Shown piece by piece: positions 47,865-57,809 of a stretch of DNA of 64,000 nucleotides. The notes beneath the pieces were generated by a model, which was not told where the DNA came from, searched no databases, and worked only from the letters and a program-made list of their open reading frames with translations. The stretch's first letter is position 1. Each line of letters opens with the position of its first letter. A program made the translations under genes and the position numbers. Location of the stretch: the IMG/VR virus record IMGVR_UViG_3300049460_000260. The stretch is one strand, 5' to 3'. The stretch comes from an uncultured virus (IMG/VR IMGVR_UViG_3300049460_000260). Taxonomy: Duplodnaviria; Heunggongvirae; Uroviricota; Caudoviricetes.

Positions 47865-48251
47865 TCAGTTCGGACCAGTAGCGCCGGTTTTGATGCGAAC
47901 GGCAAGGCAAGTTGCCCACCCATCCTGCTGGAACCAGCTTTGGCCGTTCTCCATTTGGTAAAGGTCGCCGTTGTAAATGAACCGGTCGCCGCTAGTATCG
48001 CGCTGCAGATCGACCATGTTCAACGAAGCATACACTTGGACATAGAAGCTGTTGAAGTTCAGCCCCAGGTCGGCGTAGCTATTCCGGTTCACTGCCTGCA
48101 CGCTCGCGCTCAGAGCGGTCGGCGCGGCGAATCCGGGCACCCACTGACGCGCGGCATTCAACACGCGGTCAGAAGCGGAGTAATACTGAACCGACTGAAA
48201 CTTGATCAGCCGGTTGGCTCTCCGAAGCAAATTGGAACCTGGAATGCTCAC
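47865..48251 (-). CDS. head closure protein
   Basis: IPGSNLL, SVQAV, GDRFIYNG, WFQQDGW. Confidence 0.65.
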   Translation of the reverse strand: MSIPGSNLLRRANRLIKFQSVQYYSASDRVLNAARQWVPGFAAPTALSASVQAVNRNSYADLGLNFNSFYVQVYASLNMVDLQRDTSGDRFIYNGDLYQMENGQSWFQQDGWATCLAVRIKTGATGPN

Positions 48252-48709
48252 CAGAAGACTCCACCGACTTTGCGGAACCCGATGCGCTCAGGAAGTCCGC
48301 CGACATAGATGCCACCCACGGCCTTCACCTGCAGGAGCGCGAGCAGCATCTTGCCGTACTGAGTTTGGTTGAGCCAGTACTCCCAACCGTCTTTTACAGG
48401 CGGTGGGAGTTCCGACACGCTGACGGCACCAATGCTTGCCGAAGTCTCGATGCCGCCTGCCATGCCAGGGTCTTCGCCAGCCGCGACGTTATTCGCGTCT
48501 TGCGTGAACAAGGTCATGATGTGCGCGCACATAGCGTCGATGGCCAGCTGCAATGACGCGCCGTTCAGACTATTGCACGGATTGTCGTTCGTGCTAATGT
48601 AATCCGTGGCAACCGTCCAATACAGCTGGATGGTTGTTGAAGGATAAGTCGTCGTGTTGGCGAACGCCTTGAAGAACGCTCTGAAATTCGCGTCATTGTA
48701 TGCCGGCAT
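48248..48709 (-). CDS. head-tail adaptor (DUF4054-like)
   Basis: FRAFFKAF, SASIGAVSVS, WLNQTQYG. Confidence 0.8.
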   Translation of the reverse strand: MPAYNDANFRAFFKAFANTTTYPSTTIQLYWTVATDYISTNDNPCNSLNGASLQLAIDAMCAHIMTLFTQDANNVAAGEDPGMAGGIETSASIGAVSVSELPPPVKDGWEYWLNQTQYGKMLLALLQVKAVGGIYVGGLPERIGFRKVGGVFW

Positions 48710-48712
48710 CGC

Positions 48713-49171
48713 TTATTCCTGCGAGAGTTCTTTCGACGGAACCTTGACCTTGATGCGCTGGCCGATGGTGTCCTTCGTAAGCTGCTTGAACGGGTCTTCC
48801 TGGTTCATTCCAGACGCCACCTTGGCCACGGCTTTGTGGTCGCTGGAGATGTCCTTGCCCAAGACTTCCAAGAAGCCGCCTTCCAGGTGCTTCTTGAACA
48901 GCCAGTGATCCTTGACGCGGTCGTAGTCCTCGTCACTCAGCGGCGTAACGATGCCTTTCGCCGTCCACAGCGGACTGCCGTTGAGGTCGTCTGCGCGCAC
49001 GCCAAAGCCGCTCTTTCCGCTCGGACGGTCCGCGCCGCCACGGATGAGAACCGGGTTGGGATCGGGCACCGGCAGCGGCACGGCGTTGCGACTCGTGTTG
49101 TTGTCGCCGCGCAGAGTGTAGGTGCGATACGAGACGGCGTTTGCCATCGTGGAAACTACGTAAACAGTCAT
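48713..49171 (-). CDS. conserved protein downstream of major capsid
   Basis: 152 aa ORF with AGGA RBS. Confidence 0.7.
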   Translation of the reverse strand: MTVYVVSTMANAVSYRTYTLRGDNNTSRNAVPLPVPDPNPVLIRGGADRPSGKSGFGVRADDLNGSPLWTAKGIVTPLSDEDYDRVKDHWLFKKHLEGGFLEVLGKDISSDHKAVAKVASGMNQEDPFKQLTKDTIGQRIKVKVPSKELSQE

Positions 49172-49230
49172 GGTATTCAGTCCTTGTAATTACGTGGCGG
49201 TCAGCCCCTGAAGCCTATGCCATCGATAGT

Positions 49231-49262
49231 AAAACGGCCTGGCACGTCGCCGCACCAGGCCT
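49231..49262 (-). terminator. terminator after the major capsid gene
   Basis: GGCCTGG...CCAGGCC-GTTTT on - strand. Confidence 0.55.
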
Positions 49263-49283
49263 TCCTCTAACGCCTCGCGGCGC

Positions 49284-50423
49284 TTAGATGCCGGTCACGC
49301 GAACCACAGCCCACGGACGCTTGCACAGTGTGCCTGCGGTGCCGTTGGAATAGTCTTCAACGTAGCTCTTCGCGCGCTTCTCGACGCCCAGCGTCACGAA
49401 CTTGGTTTGCACCAGTTGGACGAAAGTTTCGCCGCCGTCCGTGGAACCGTCCACAGCCGAATCGATCTCTTCTGCGAAGAGATAGAACACATCAGCGCCG
49501 CTGTTTGCCGCGCCCAGTTCCGGTGCCGAAACCACACGGATTTTCGGATACGTCTGCGTCAGCCAGTCACGCACCGACACGCCGAAGTCCGTGGTCACCG
49601 ACAGGTAATCCACCTTGTCGGTCGGCAGCGCCAACGTCATCTCGACCTTTTCCGGGTCGATCTGGTCTTGCGACTGCGTACGCAGCTGCACGATGGCCAT
49701 CCGGATGTCGCCGGTGATGCCTTGGAATGTGCCGTTCACGCCGTTCCAGCCACCCGTCACGCTCGACGCGATGAACGCCGGCAGCACCGGATCGTTCAGG
49801 AAACCGAACGTTTGGTTGTTGCCCGAATTCCAGCCATAGAAGCCGATGGCGTTGCGGAAAATTTCCAGACCGACAGCCGAACCTTGACGCTTGGTTTCTG
49901 CCGACGACAGGCGCATTGCCGCGCTACGACCTTCCTCCAGCAGACCGACCTGGATGCCGAGTTCACCGCGCACGATCGTACGCTTGATGAAGTTCGTGTT
50001 CCAGTTGGACAGCGGGATGTTCGTGAAGTCGCCGTATTCCGTGGCGGTCGCGGCAGGTTCCACGATGCCCTGCACGATTTCCTGGTCTTCCCAGCTGCCG
50101 ACCGTCTTCACGCCAATGATGTCGTCGATCTTGCGAGCGGCAGTCATCACCTTGATGAAACCCGGCAACCAGGTTTGCAGAAACTGAATCGGCGTCGGCA
50201 GCGAGCCAGCCGTGGCCGGTGCTACGAATGCCGAGTCCATCGCGCCGGTCTGGCCCTGCGCGTGCAGGTGCTGAACTTGACGAAGCACCGTGTCGTGATC
50301 GAACACGATGCCGAACTTCTCGGCAAGCTTGTTCACCGCTGCAACGGTGATCTCTTTGCTGTCCATCGCCAACGGGCGCACTTTGCGCGGAGCGATGGAC
50401 GAGCGGGTTTTGGAAAGTTGCAT
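49284..50423 (-). CDS. major capsid protein (DUF2184-like)
   Basis: [40 protein letters not shown]. Confidence 0.9.
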   Translation of the reverse strand: MQLSKTRSSIAPRKVRPLAMDSKEITVAAVNKLAEKFGIVFDHDTVLRQVQHLHAQGQTGAMDSAFVAPATAGSLPTPIQFLQTWLPGFIKVMTAARKIDDIIGVKTVGSWEDQEIVQGIVEPAATATEYGDFTNIPLSNWNTNFIKRTIVRGELGIQVGLLEEGRSAAMRLSSAETKRQGSAVGLEIFRNAIGFYGWNSGNNQTFGFLNDPVLPAFIASSVTGGWNGVNGTFQGITGDIRMAIVQLRTQSQDQIDPEKVEMTLALPTDKVDYLSVTTDFGVSVRDWLTQTYPKIRVVSAPELGAANSGADVFYLFAEEIDSAVDGSTDGGETFVQLVQTKFVTLGVEKRAKSYVEDYSNGTAGTLCKRPWAVVRVTGI

Positions 50424-50457
50424 GACTCTCTCGCTCCTTTAGTTTGCGTTGTGCCGA

Positions 50458-51075
50458 TTAGGGCATTTGTGCGGTGGACAGGGCCGACACCGGTGCACCG
50501 ACGCTCGACGCGCCGATGGTGCTGGTGTTGATGAGCTTCGCACCCGGAATCAGCGTGAAGCCAGTCGGAGCAGCGCTCCCTGCCGGCACGCTGATCAGGC
50601 CACCCAGCGGAATCGCTTGCGGGTTGTTCGCGCCGCTGATGCCGACCGGTGCGTATGCGAGTTGGTCGCCGAAGTTCATGGTCTTGCTGGCGGTCGTCTC
50701 GTTGAAGAGTTCCACCACCAGGCCAGGGAACATGTCCGTGAATTCGGCTTCGGAGCCAATCGGCAGATCCATCGACGCGCCCAGCGCGTTGCCGACCGTG
50801 CCGTACAGAACGTGGTGCTGCGGATGGCAGAGGATGCCGAAGAACACCGCGCCGCCGACGACGACGAGTGCTTCACGAGCCGCGACCGTGGTGCCGGTTG
50901 CCGGGACTTCGCCCGAATAGCCGAACACACGCGACATGCGGTTGGTGGATGCTGCCGGATCGGCACCGACCGAGGCGGAGTTGATCCGCGCCGGTTTGGC
51001 ACGACGCGGGCCATCGTTCACGAACTGGCCTGCGAAGCCGGTCGTGTACGCGCGTTGAACAGTGGTTTGAAGCAT
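50458..51075 (-). CDS. capsid decoration/cement protein
   Basis: between protease/scaffold and MCP; GFAGQF..DGP.RA. Confidence 0.7.
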   Translation of the reverse strand: MLQTTVQRAYTTGFAGQFVNDGPRRAKPARINSASVGADPAASTNRMSRVFGYSGEVPATGTTVAAREALVVVGGAVFFGILCHPQHHVLYGTVGNALGASMDLPIGSEAEFTDMFPGLVVELFNETTASKTMNFGDQLAYAPVGISGANNPQAIPLGGLISVPAGSAAPTGFTLIPGAKLINTSTIGASSVGAPVSALSTAQMP

Positions 51076-51081
51076 TTCTTC

Positions 51082-52581
51082 TTACTCCTTGAAATACGCG
51101 TCGATTGCCGGCACTTCTTGCTGTGCGGCATCAGCGGTGCGTTTGGATTGGACGGACGTGGCGTTGCTCTTTCGCGCAGCTTCCAGGCCGGTCAGATAGG
51201 CGTCCAAAGCAAAGGACTCCTGACCTTTCGCGACCTTCAGCTTCAGCTTCTTCACCCCGTAAAGAACGACGTCACCAGCAGTTGCAGATGCGAGGTCCAT
51301 GGCCCCGTCAAATGCGCCAACCACCTTAGACAACCGGTCAACGAAGCGATTCTTAAGAGCAAGGTCAGCATGGAAAGAACGAAGCGCAGCGTCAGCACCC
51401 GTGTGCTTTCCTGCTGCCGGGCCTGCCGACGCGCTGCCTTGCTCGCCGGTCGCGCCGCCTTCGTTGTCCTCGCCTTCGCGTGCCGTTCCTTCCAGCCCTT
51501 CAACGGTGTCCGTTCCTTCTTCTGCGGCTCCATTGGCACCCTCGCCTTCGTCGCCGCTCGCAGCACCACCCGCCACTTGTTTCAGCTGGGCAAGGATCGC
51601 TTCGAGTTGGCTGATCAATTGGGCCGCGCCGCCTTCGCCACCAGCCGCTTCACCGCCTGCGCCTTCGGCACCAGCAGCGCCAGCATCTTCTTCACCTTCT
51701 TCGCCGCCTGCAGCAGCGCCTTGCGCGGTCGGTTCAGCGGCGACTTCGCCGGTGCCCGTTTCGCTTCCCATCGCGCCACCTTCAGCGCCAGTCGCTGCCG
51801 AACCCGTTTCACCGGCAGCTGCGGCATTCGCCGTGCCCGCTTCAGCGCCTGCTGCACCAGCCTCCGCGCCTTCCTGATGAGCAGGTTCGGTGGCCTCCTC
51901 ACTCAAGAACTGCTCGAATGTGGGCAGAAGCGCTTTCAGCTGGGCTTGCAGCTGCGCAACCACGCTGCTGTCGAGAGCCTTGCCTTTGCGTTTCATACTA
52001 TCTCCATTATGAAGAGGGACTGAAAAATCCAGATGATCAAAGCACAACTTCTTCCCATCCAGAACCTTGGCACCGGGCACGCGTCCTGCGTCAACTAGCG
52101 CGATGTGATTGCCGCGCATATTGGTTTGGACTACTTCATAAGCAACGCCGTCAAAAACACCGGTTTGCATGAGGAAGTCGCAGGTGTAGCCCAGAGACAA
52201 ATCCTTCTTTCCGCTGTTCAGATCGGCCTGCATCTGACGCGTAAAAATCTTGAGGTCGCCGCGCGTCCAGGGCGAGTCGTAGCCAACGTTGAAGAGCACG
52301 CCGTCGATGCCGTAGTCTTCCGGCGCGGTCGCACTTTCGTCGCCTTGGAAGCCGCTCAGCATCTCGTGATCGTTGATCAGCGGAACCTCTTGCAAGGTCG
52401 CGAGCAATTCAGGATCACTAACTGCCGACTCAGGGCGAAACACGTTGACGATGCGGTTTGGATCGCCTTCTTTCAAACCGATCTGTGCAGCTGAATACTG
52501 GAAGATGCCGAACGACGAGATGGGGCACGCCTTGACGAGAAGGAATCCGTTCTGATCTTGTTGGCGCGCTGAGGTTGGCAT
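51082..52581 (-). CDS. prohead protease/scaffold (DUF2213-like)
   Basis: LSLGY, GNHIALVDAGR; acidic Gly/Ala/Glu-rich scaffold region. Confidence 0.85.
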   Translation of the reverse strand: MPTSARQQDQNGFLLVKACPISSFGIFQYSAAQIGLKEGDPNRIVNVFRPESAVSDPELLATLQEVPLINDHEMLSGFQGDESATAPEDYGIDGVLFNVGYDSPWTRGDLKIFTRQMQADLNSGKKDLSLGYTCDFLMQTGVFDGVAYEVVQTNMRGNHIALVDAGRVPGAKVLDGKKLCFDHLDFSVPLHNGDSMKRKGKALDSSVVAQLQAQLKALLPTFEQFLSEEATEPAHQEGAEAGAAGAEAGTANAAAAGETGSAATGAEGGAMGSETGTGEVAAEPTAQGAAAGGEEGEEDAGAAGAEGAGGEAAGGEGGAAQLISQLEAILAQLKQVAGGAASGDEGEGANGAAEEGTDTVEGLEGTAREGEDNEGGATGEQGSASAGPAAGKHTGADAALRSFHADLALKNRFVDRLSKVVGAFDGAMDLASATAGDVVLYGVKKLKLKVAKGQESFALDAYLTGLEAARKSNATSVQSKRTADAAQQEVPAIDAYFKE

Positions 52582-52697
52582 TCGATTCGTGCGTAATGTA
52601 TGCGTTCGCGTGTATTATGTATCTCTGTAATGTCCGACAGTACTACATTGATTCGTATATCTTACTGTTCGTCATCCTACGCTTATGACGCCACTGC

Positions 52698-52950
52698 AAG
52701 TTGAGCGTTTCATCCGACTTAGCCGCGCCCAACTGGAGAGTCAACTGGCTAAAGCCGCGCTCCGCTTAACTTCTAACACCCTAAGTTGTATAGTTGAGTA
52801 ATTGTATAAGGTTAGATACGTAAGAAGAGAAAGGACAGGCTTACTGGTTGCCGAACCACAACCAACTAGTCAATTCTCAACTTGGAGTGTAGGAATCCAA
52901 GCGCGGCAAGGAGTTTGACCAGTTGGTTGCAGTTGAGGTCGCGGCAACTT
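52698..52950. repeat. non-coding element B, homologous to element A
   Basis: AGCCGCGC x2 (52721, 52753), AGTTGAGTAATTGTA (52792-52806), several CAACT/AGTTG. Confidence 0.7.
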
Positions 52951-53190
52951 TGTTACGACCAGAACATCAGCACCACTATCGCTACATCGAAAGCGGCCCA
53001 ACGTGGACGGAGAAGCGGAAGACTTTCCACGAACTCGATCACGTCAATCAAGCGTTCGCGAAGAGTAGTGCTGCGCGGCTGTGCTTGTACGATTTGTTCC
53101 ATTGCATAGGACTCCGATCAAAGTAATCAAAAACGTCAGGACTACACGACGTTGCCACCCAGTTGGTCTTCTCGCTCTACATCAAGTGGT

Positions 53191-54048
53191 CTATTGCTCG
53201 TCATCGTCCCTGTATCCGATGATAGGCCGCTTGCGACAGCGGCAGTTGATCGCCCATCCTGGCGGGCCTTGGTCTGCCTTCGGACCCGTCCAGAGTTCAG
53301 GATCGTCCAAGGCAAACACCTTGCCGTCCTTGTCCAAGTGCGTTTGGCGCGGAACCTTCCCTGCCGATGAGTGCATCCACTCAAAATGGTCCACGCCGTT
53401 TTGTCGCAGGCGCTCATCCGACAACGCGCTATACAACTTGCTGGTCTGATCGCGGGTGATTAGCTCCACGCGCTTTTTAGCGAAAGTTCCGACCTCTCGC
53501 AACGCGTTCTGTATGCCAGATGCACCCTGCTCTTCCGGATTCGGAGATGTTAAGGAGAGCATAACAGCGCTGTAAATCTTCTCGTGCACTTCCTTCTGGA
53601 CGTTCGTGATCAACGTGTGATTGAAGTCCTTGGACGCTCCGAGAGTCGCGGCGACGTTCTTATTATAGGTCATCGTAGGCTGGTTTACACCAGCTGCAGA
53701 CAGACTGAAAAACACCGAAGACTTTGAGTGTTCATCGACGCGCTCAACGAAGGCTGCGGCGTACTTCTGCGCGAACCCTGTGAACACTTCGGACCACTTC
53801 TTATTCAGGCGGCGCATGACCCGCTGGAATACGGAGTCAGCAGCATCCTCTGCATAGAACTCTTCGACTTCTGGGTGCTCCAGGGCCTCGCGAACCTGAT
53901 CGCGATAGTCCTGGAGCATGGCCGCGACAACGGAGTTCATTGCCGATTCGTACCACGAACGAATAGCCGCGCTGGGTCCGAGCGGCTTGCCCTTTGATAC
54001 GGGTTCAGGCGCTCGCCGCTGGCGTGCCTTGGATGCTTTAAAGGCCAT
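53191..54048 (-). CDS. minor head / head morphogenesis protein (Mu gpF / SPP1 gp7-like)
   Basis: ITRDQT, W.HS...PRQTH..DGK, PG.AINCRC. Confidence 0.9.
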   Translation of the reverse strand: MAFKASKARQRRAPEPVSKGKPLGPSAAIRSWYESAMNSVVAAMLQDYRDQVREALEHPEVEEFYAEDAADSVFQRVMRRLNKKWSEVFTGFAQKYAAAFVERVDEHSKSSVFFSLSAAGVNQPTMTYNKNVAATLGASKDFNHTLITNVQKEVHEKIYSAVMLSLTSPNPEEQGASGIQNALREVGTFAKKRVELITRDQTSKLYSALSDERLRQNGVDHFEWMHSSAGKVPRQTHLDKDGKVFALDDPELWTGPKADQGPPGWAINCRCRKRPIIGYRDDDEQ

Positions 54049-54236
54049 TAGGTCGCCACTTTGTACAGAGCGTCACCGCTGCCGTCCGTGGTGACCGTAA
54101 GTTGAACTCCGAGCGCGCGAATTTGCTGGACCGCAATGGCCGGATTCTGGCAGAGGTAGCTGTTGTCCAGCGCGTTGATCTGTGCGCCGGTCATCGCCGT
54201 GGCCTTCAGGGCTGTGATGAGTCCTTGGATGTCCAT
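54048..54236 (-). CDS. small hypothetical protein
   Basis: GGAG RBS; 62 aa. Confidence 0.6.
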   Translation of the reverse strand: MDIQGLITALKATAMTGAQINALDNSYLCQNPAIAVQQIRALGVQLTVTTDGSGDALYKVAT

Positions 54237-54258
54237 TTAGTTCTCCGTAAAGTTTGAG

Positions 54259-56634
54259 TTAAGCAGAAGCGACAGGAGCGTTTGCGCAGTCGCCTGCTTC
54301 CAGCCAGGATTTGAAGTCGTCCATCGACATCTTCTGGCACGAGTCATACCCTTCGAACGTGTCGTCATGAGCCGCGTGGTACGCGTCCACGGCTGACTTC
54401 TCGTCGTCGTATCCGATCATGCACTTGTACTCGTCAAATGAACCTTCGGAGTCCTTTTGAGCGATCACGAAAACGTCTTTGGCTCGTGCGTTGGGACCGA
54501 TGAAGCAATCCACTTCGTCGCCGTCCGCGCCTTCGTATCCCTTGATGAAGCCGTAGTGATCCGGCATCTGGACCGACCACTCTGAACCGTCCATGTTCAT
54601 CCCCTCACGAACCGTGCCGCGCGGATTTTCGATGCAGATGTTCAGACCGTCCAGACGCATCTTGGGCCGCTTCTTCGTCGGCATCGGGCCAACGACCTTA
54701 CCATCGCCAGCGCGCTGGCTAGAAGGCGCAACGCTGGCTCGCGAGGTCGGATTAGTGCCAGGCTTCGTGCCTTGGATTGCCGGACCAGCCTGTTGGCCTT
54801 GTTGGCCCAGGATCGAGTGCGCCAAAAGGAGAACCAATGCCTGCATCGGGTCCGTCTTTGACTTAGAAGACACTAATCCGTGGAGGATCGTAGGAATCAA
54901 CGCCTGCAGGGTTCCGCCCGTAATCGCTTGACCGCCTTCAAACGTGTCCTCTTCGGAGCCGTTCGCGTTGGGCGGCGTCGTTTCGCTGCCAGGCTCACCA
55001 GGCTTTGCCATCTCAGCGCCGGCACTCGCTTCTGTGTTCTCTGCGTTTGCCTTTTCTTCTTGCGCTCCAGCCTTCTGCAGCGCCGCGACGTTCTCAGGTG
55101 ACATGCCAGGGGTCGCGGCTGCGTCTTCGTCCTGCAGGCGGTTGTATCCGCTGTGCTCATCGTCTCGAATCCGGTTGCGCTCTTCGTCGGGCGACAGCGC
55201 GCCGTTGTTGATGAGCTTCGTTCCGGTATCGGCTTTCAGGTCGTTCAGTTCTGCGCGTTCCTTCGCAGTCATCGAATCGACGGAGTTACAGACCACTTCA
55301 ACGTCCACGTCGATTCCTTCGCTGCGCACGAGGATATCGTAATGTCGCTCAAGCATCGGCATCATCACGTGCTCCTGGGTCGATTCCAGTTCCTCGTGAT
55401 AGCTCTTCATCTCGAATTCGCCGGTGGCGTTAAAGCCCTTCGGAGAGGTGCCCAGCAGCTTCGTCGCCGGTACGCGAGCGATTGCCGCGACCAGCTGATA
55501 CTGGTTCATGATGATGGAATCGAAGTCCGACATATTCGTGTCGAACTGCTCCATTTCCTCTTCCTTGCCCAGCACCTTAACGCCGTGGTTGTCGCGATAC
55601 CGGATCCACGTCAGCAGGCGCTGCTCGAAGGCGTCCTGGTCAGCCATGACCTTGTCGAGATCGGCGTGGATCGCCATCGTGCGCTTCGACATTGCCATCA
55701 ACGGCGCTTCGTTCGCGGTCCGTTCTGCGGCATACACGCGTTCGTAGATGCGCTGGCACATCGACACGCCGCCGAAGATGTATGTCGGCTTAAGGATATC
55801 AGCGGGCTGCGGACCACGAACGATACACAGGTGCGACTTGTGATACTTCTTGCCGCTGATGACCCAGAATTCTGGATCGTAGAATCCAATGGAGGAAGGA
55901 TCGCTGGTGCCCTTCGTCGTCATCACCGGCATCATCCAGTACGGATCGATCTGCGAGATGCCTTGATAGGAATCCTTAGTGACTCCGTCAATGTTGAACG
56001 GCTTCTCGTAATACAGCGGGTCATCCGAATCCACCTTGAAGATGGCCACGCGGATGCCAAATATGTTCTTGAACCGGTTGAGCTCAATCAGGTTCTCTTT
56101 GACCTTGAACTTCTTGTCGGCTTCAATGAGACGGTCGTGCGCCTCATCGTCCAGGTCGTCGCCGCCGCGTGCCTTGATCACCCAGCCGTTGCGCGCGGCA
56201 TCCTCGCCTGCCATCGAGCAGGCTTTGTCCACCAGCCAGTGTTGAGCGATGATCGCGCACGCCTGATATCCGATGAACCCTTGGGCCATGTACCAGCTTT
56301 GCAGACCGACCGGCACGGTGTACTCAGAAGGACCGGCCTTGAGCATACCGGTGCCATCGTCGTCCATGATCGCGCCGTCCGTCCGCAGCTTCAGCGCGGC
56401 GTCACCGATCATCTTGGCGGTTGTGACAGAGCCTTCGCCCGCGAAGCCGTCAAACACAGCGAAGTCGCTGACGCCGCGCAGCTTGAAGGTCGGTTCGTGA
56501 TCGCGCCAGTCCTTGCGCTTGCTGATGGGGTCGAGAGGATCGACCGTCAGCGCCTCGCGCTTCTTCTGTTCCTCCGCCGTGGCGGGTTGCGTCTTAGCGC
56601 GACGGAAAAGCTTGGCGAGAAGGGCTGAGATCAT
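54259..56634 (-). CDS. portal protein (DUF1073-like) with C-terminal InPase-like domain
   Basis: IARVPATKLLGTSPKGFNATGE; C-terminal IENPRG..HYGFI..GADGDEVDCFIGP..FDEYK; alternative start at 56700. Confidence 0.85.
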   Translation of the reverse strand: MISALLAKLFRRAKTQPATAEEQKKREALTVDPLDPISKRKDWRDHEPTFKLRGVSDFAVFDGFAGEGSVTTAKMIGDAALKLRTDGAIMDDDGTGMLKAGPSEYTVPVGLQSWYMAQGFIGYQACAIIAQHWLVDKACSMAGEDAARNGWVIKARGGDDLDDEAHDRLIEADKKFKVKENLIELNRFKNIFGIRVAIFKVDSDDPLYYEKPFNIDGVTKDSYQGISQIDPYWMMPVMTTKGTSDPSSIGFYDPEFWVISGKKYHKSHLCIVRGPQPADILKPTYIFGGVSMCQRIYERVYAAERTANEAPLMAMSKRTMAIHADLDKVMADQDAFEQRLLTWIRYRDNHGVKVLGKEEEMEQFDTNMSDFDSIIMNQYQLVAAIARVPATKLLGTSPKGFNATGEFEMKSYHEELESTQEHVMMPMLERHYDILVRSEGIDVDVEVVCNSVDSMTAKERAELNDLKADTGTKLINNGALSPDEERNRIRDDEHSGYNRLQDEDAAATPGMSPENVAALQKAGAQEEKANAENTEASAGAEMAKPGEPGSETTPPNANGSEEDTFEGGQAITGGTLQALIPTILHGLVSSKSKTDPMQALVLLLAHSILGQQGQQAGPAIQGTKPGTNPTSRASVAPSSQRAGDGKVVGPMPTKKRPKMRLDGLNICIENPRGTVREGMNMDGSEWSVQMPDHYGFIKGYEGADGDEVDCFIGPNARAKDVFVIAQKDSEGSFDEYKCMIGYDDEKSAVDAYHAAHDDTFEGYDSCQKMSMDDFKSWLEAGDCANAPVASA

Positions 56635-56758
56635 TGGCGGGCTTAGGTTTGATGGCTGTATCGCGCGTATCTTAGCGACATCTAGTGTAGGTGTCGCCAT
56701 CGTAAGTGGTTGATTCTCATAATCTTTTGATATTTTTCACCAAAGTGATGAAAAGTGC

Positions 56759-56796
56759 TTGCCTGGAAATTTACTGCCAGGTTAGAATTCTCTCAC
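56759..56796 (+). promoter_or_regulatory. sigma70-like promoter
   Basis: TTGCCT-18-TAGAAT, AT-rich upstream, CCTGG/CCAGG inverted repeat in the spacer. Confidence 0.65.
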
Positions 56797-56833
56797 GTTG
56801 TACCGATTGATTGAACTTCAGGAGCTAAACGCC

Positions 56834-57757
56834 ATGACCCTCGCTACGAACAAAACCGGCTTTGACGATATGCAAGACGACGACCTGGGCCACGTTCCGT
56901 CCGCGTCCGAACTCGCCGCGATGCCGAAAAACAAGAAGTTTGAGAAGCGCGCACCGACCGACCGCGCAGAGACGCTGTACAGCGAGCCGTGCTCGAAGTG
57001 TCGTGGCCAAGGCTACATCGGCGCGTACGCCTTCCGCGAGGCCGGAAAGTGCTACCAGTGCGATGGCAAGGGCGTGCTGACATTCAAGACGCCGAAGGCC
57101 GTCCGCGACGCAAACAAGATCAAGTCGCAGGCCCGTAAGGAAAAGAAGCTGGCCGATAACCTCACGGCGTTCGAAGCGGCCAACCCGGTCATCCGCGATT
57201 GGTGGACCGGCTCCACCTTCCCGTTCGCTGTCAGCCTGCGCGAGAATGTCCAGAAGTTCGGTGACCTTACGCCCGGTCAGCTGACTGCCGCGCTCCGCTG
57301 CGCAGAGAAGTTCAGCGAGGCGAAGAGCGCGAAGGAAACCCAGCGCGCCGCCAACGAGAAGGCCGCGCCTGTGGTCTCGATTAGCTCGGTGACGGCATCC
57401 TTCGAGCGCGCACGTCAGAAGGGCGTACAGAAGCCGAAAATGCGCCTGCTGGGCAACGGCCAGAAGCTGACTTTCTCGCGCGCACCGGACACCGGAAAGA
57501 ACGCTGGCGCGGTGTATGTCAAGGACAATGAAGGCGTGTATCTTGGCAAGATCACTGCTGGTAAGTTCCTCAAATCCTATGACTGCTCTTCGGACGGCGA
57601 AAAGGCGGTTGTTGCGGCCTGTGCTGATCCTGAGCAAGCTGCCATCGCTTTCGGCAAAGAGTTCGGCATCTGCTCGATCTGCTCGCGGACCTTGACCGAC
57701 CCGGATTCGATTGAGCGCGGCATCGGTCCGATCTGCGCTGACAACTTCTTCGGCTAA
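56834..57757 (+). CDS. zinc-binding protein (DnaJ-type CxxCxGxG plus DUF6011-like C-terminus)
   Basis: CSKCRGQG, CYQCDGKG, CSICSRTLTDPDSIERGIGPICA. Confidence 0.75.
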   Translation: MTLATNKTGFDDMQDDDLGHVPSASELAAMPKNKKFEKRAPTDRAETLYSEPCSKCRGQGYIGAYAFREAGKCYQCDGKGVLTFKTPKAVRDANKIKSQARKEKKLADNLTAFEAANPVIRDWWTGSTFPFAVSLRENVQKFGDLTPGQLTAALRCAEKFSEAKSAKETQRAANEKAAPVVSISSVTASFERARQKGVQKPKMRLLGNGQKLTFSRAPDTGKNAGAVYVKDNEGVYLGKITAGKFLKSYDCSSDGEKAVVAACADPEQAAIAFGKEFGICSICSRTLTDPDSIERGIGPICADNFFG

Positions 57758-57809
57758 ATTCACGAAGGCGCGGCAGAATAGTCGCGCCTCTCCATAAAGG
57801 AACTAGAAA

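Noticed and set aside
49407..56628. Long plus-strand ORFs (374, 524, 491 aa) over capsid and portal genes
   Set aside because: Antisense shadows of well-supported structural genes.
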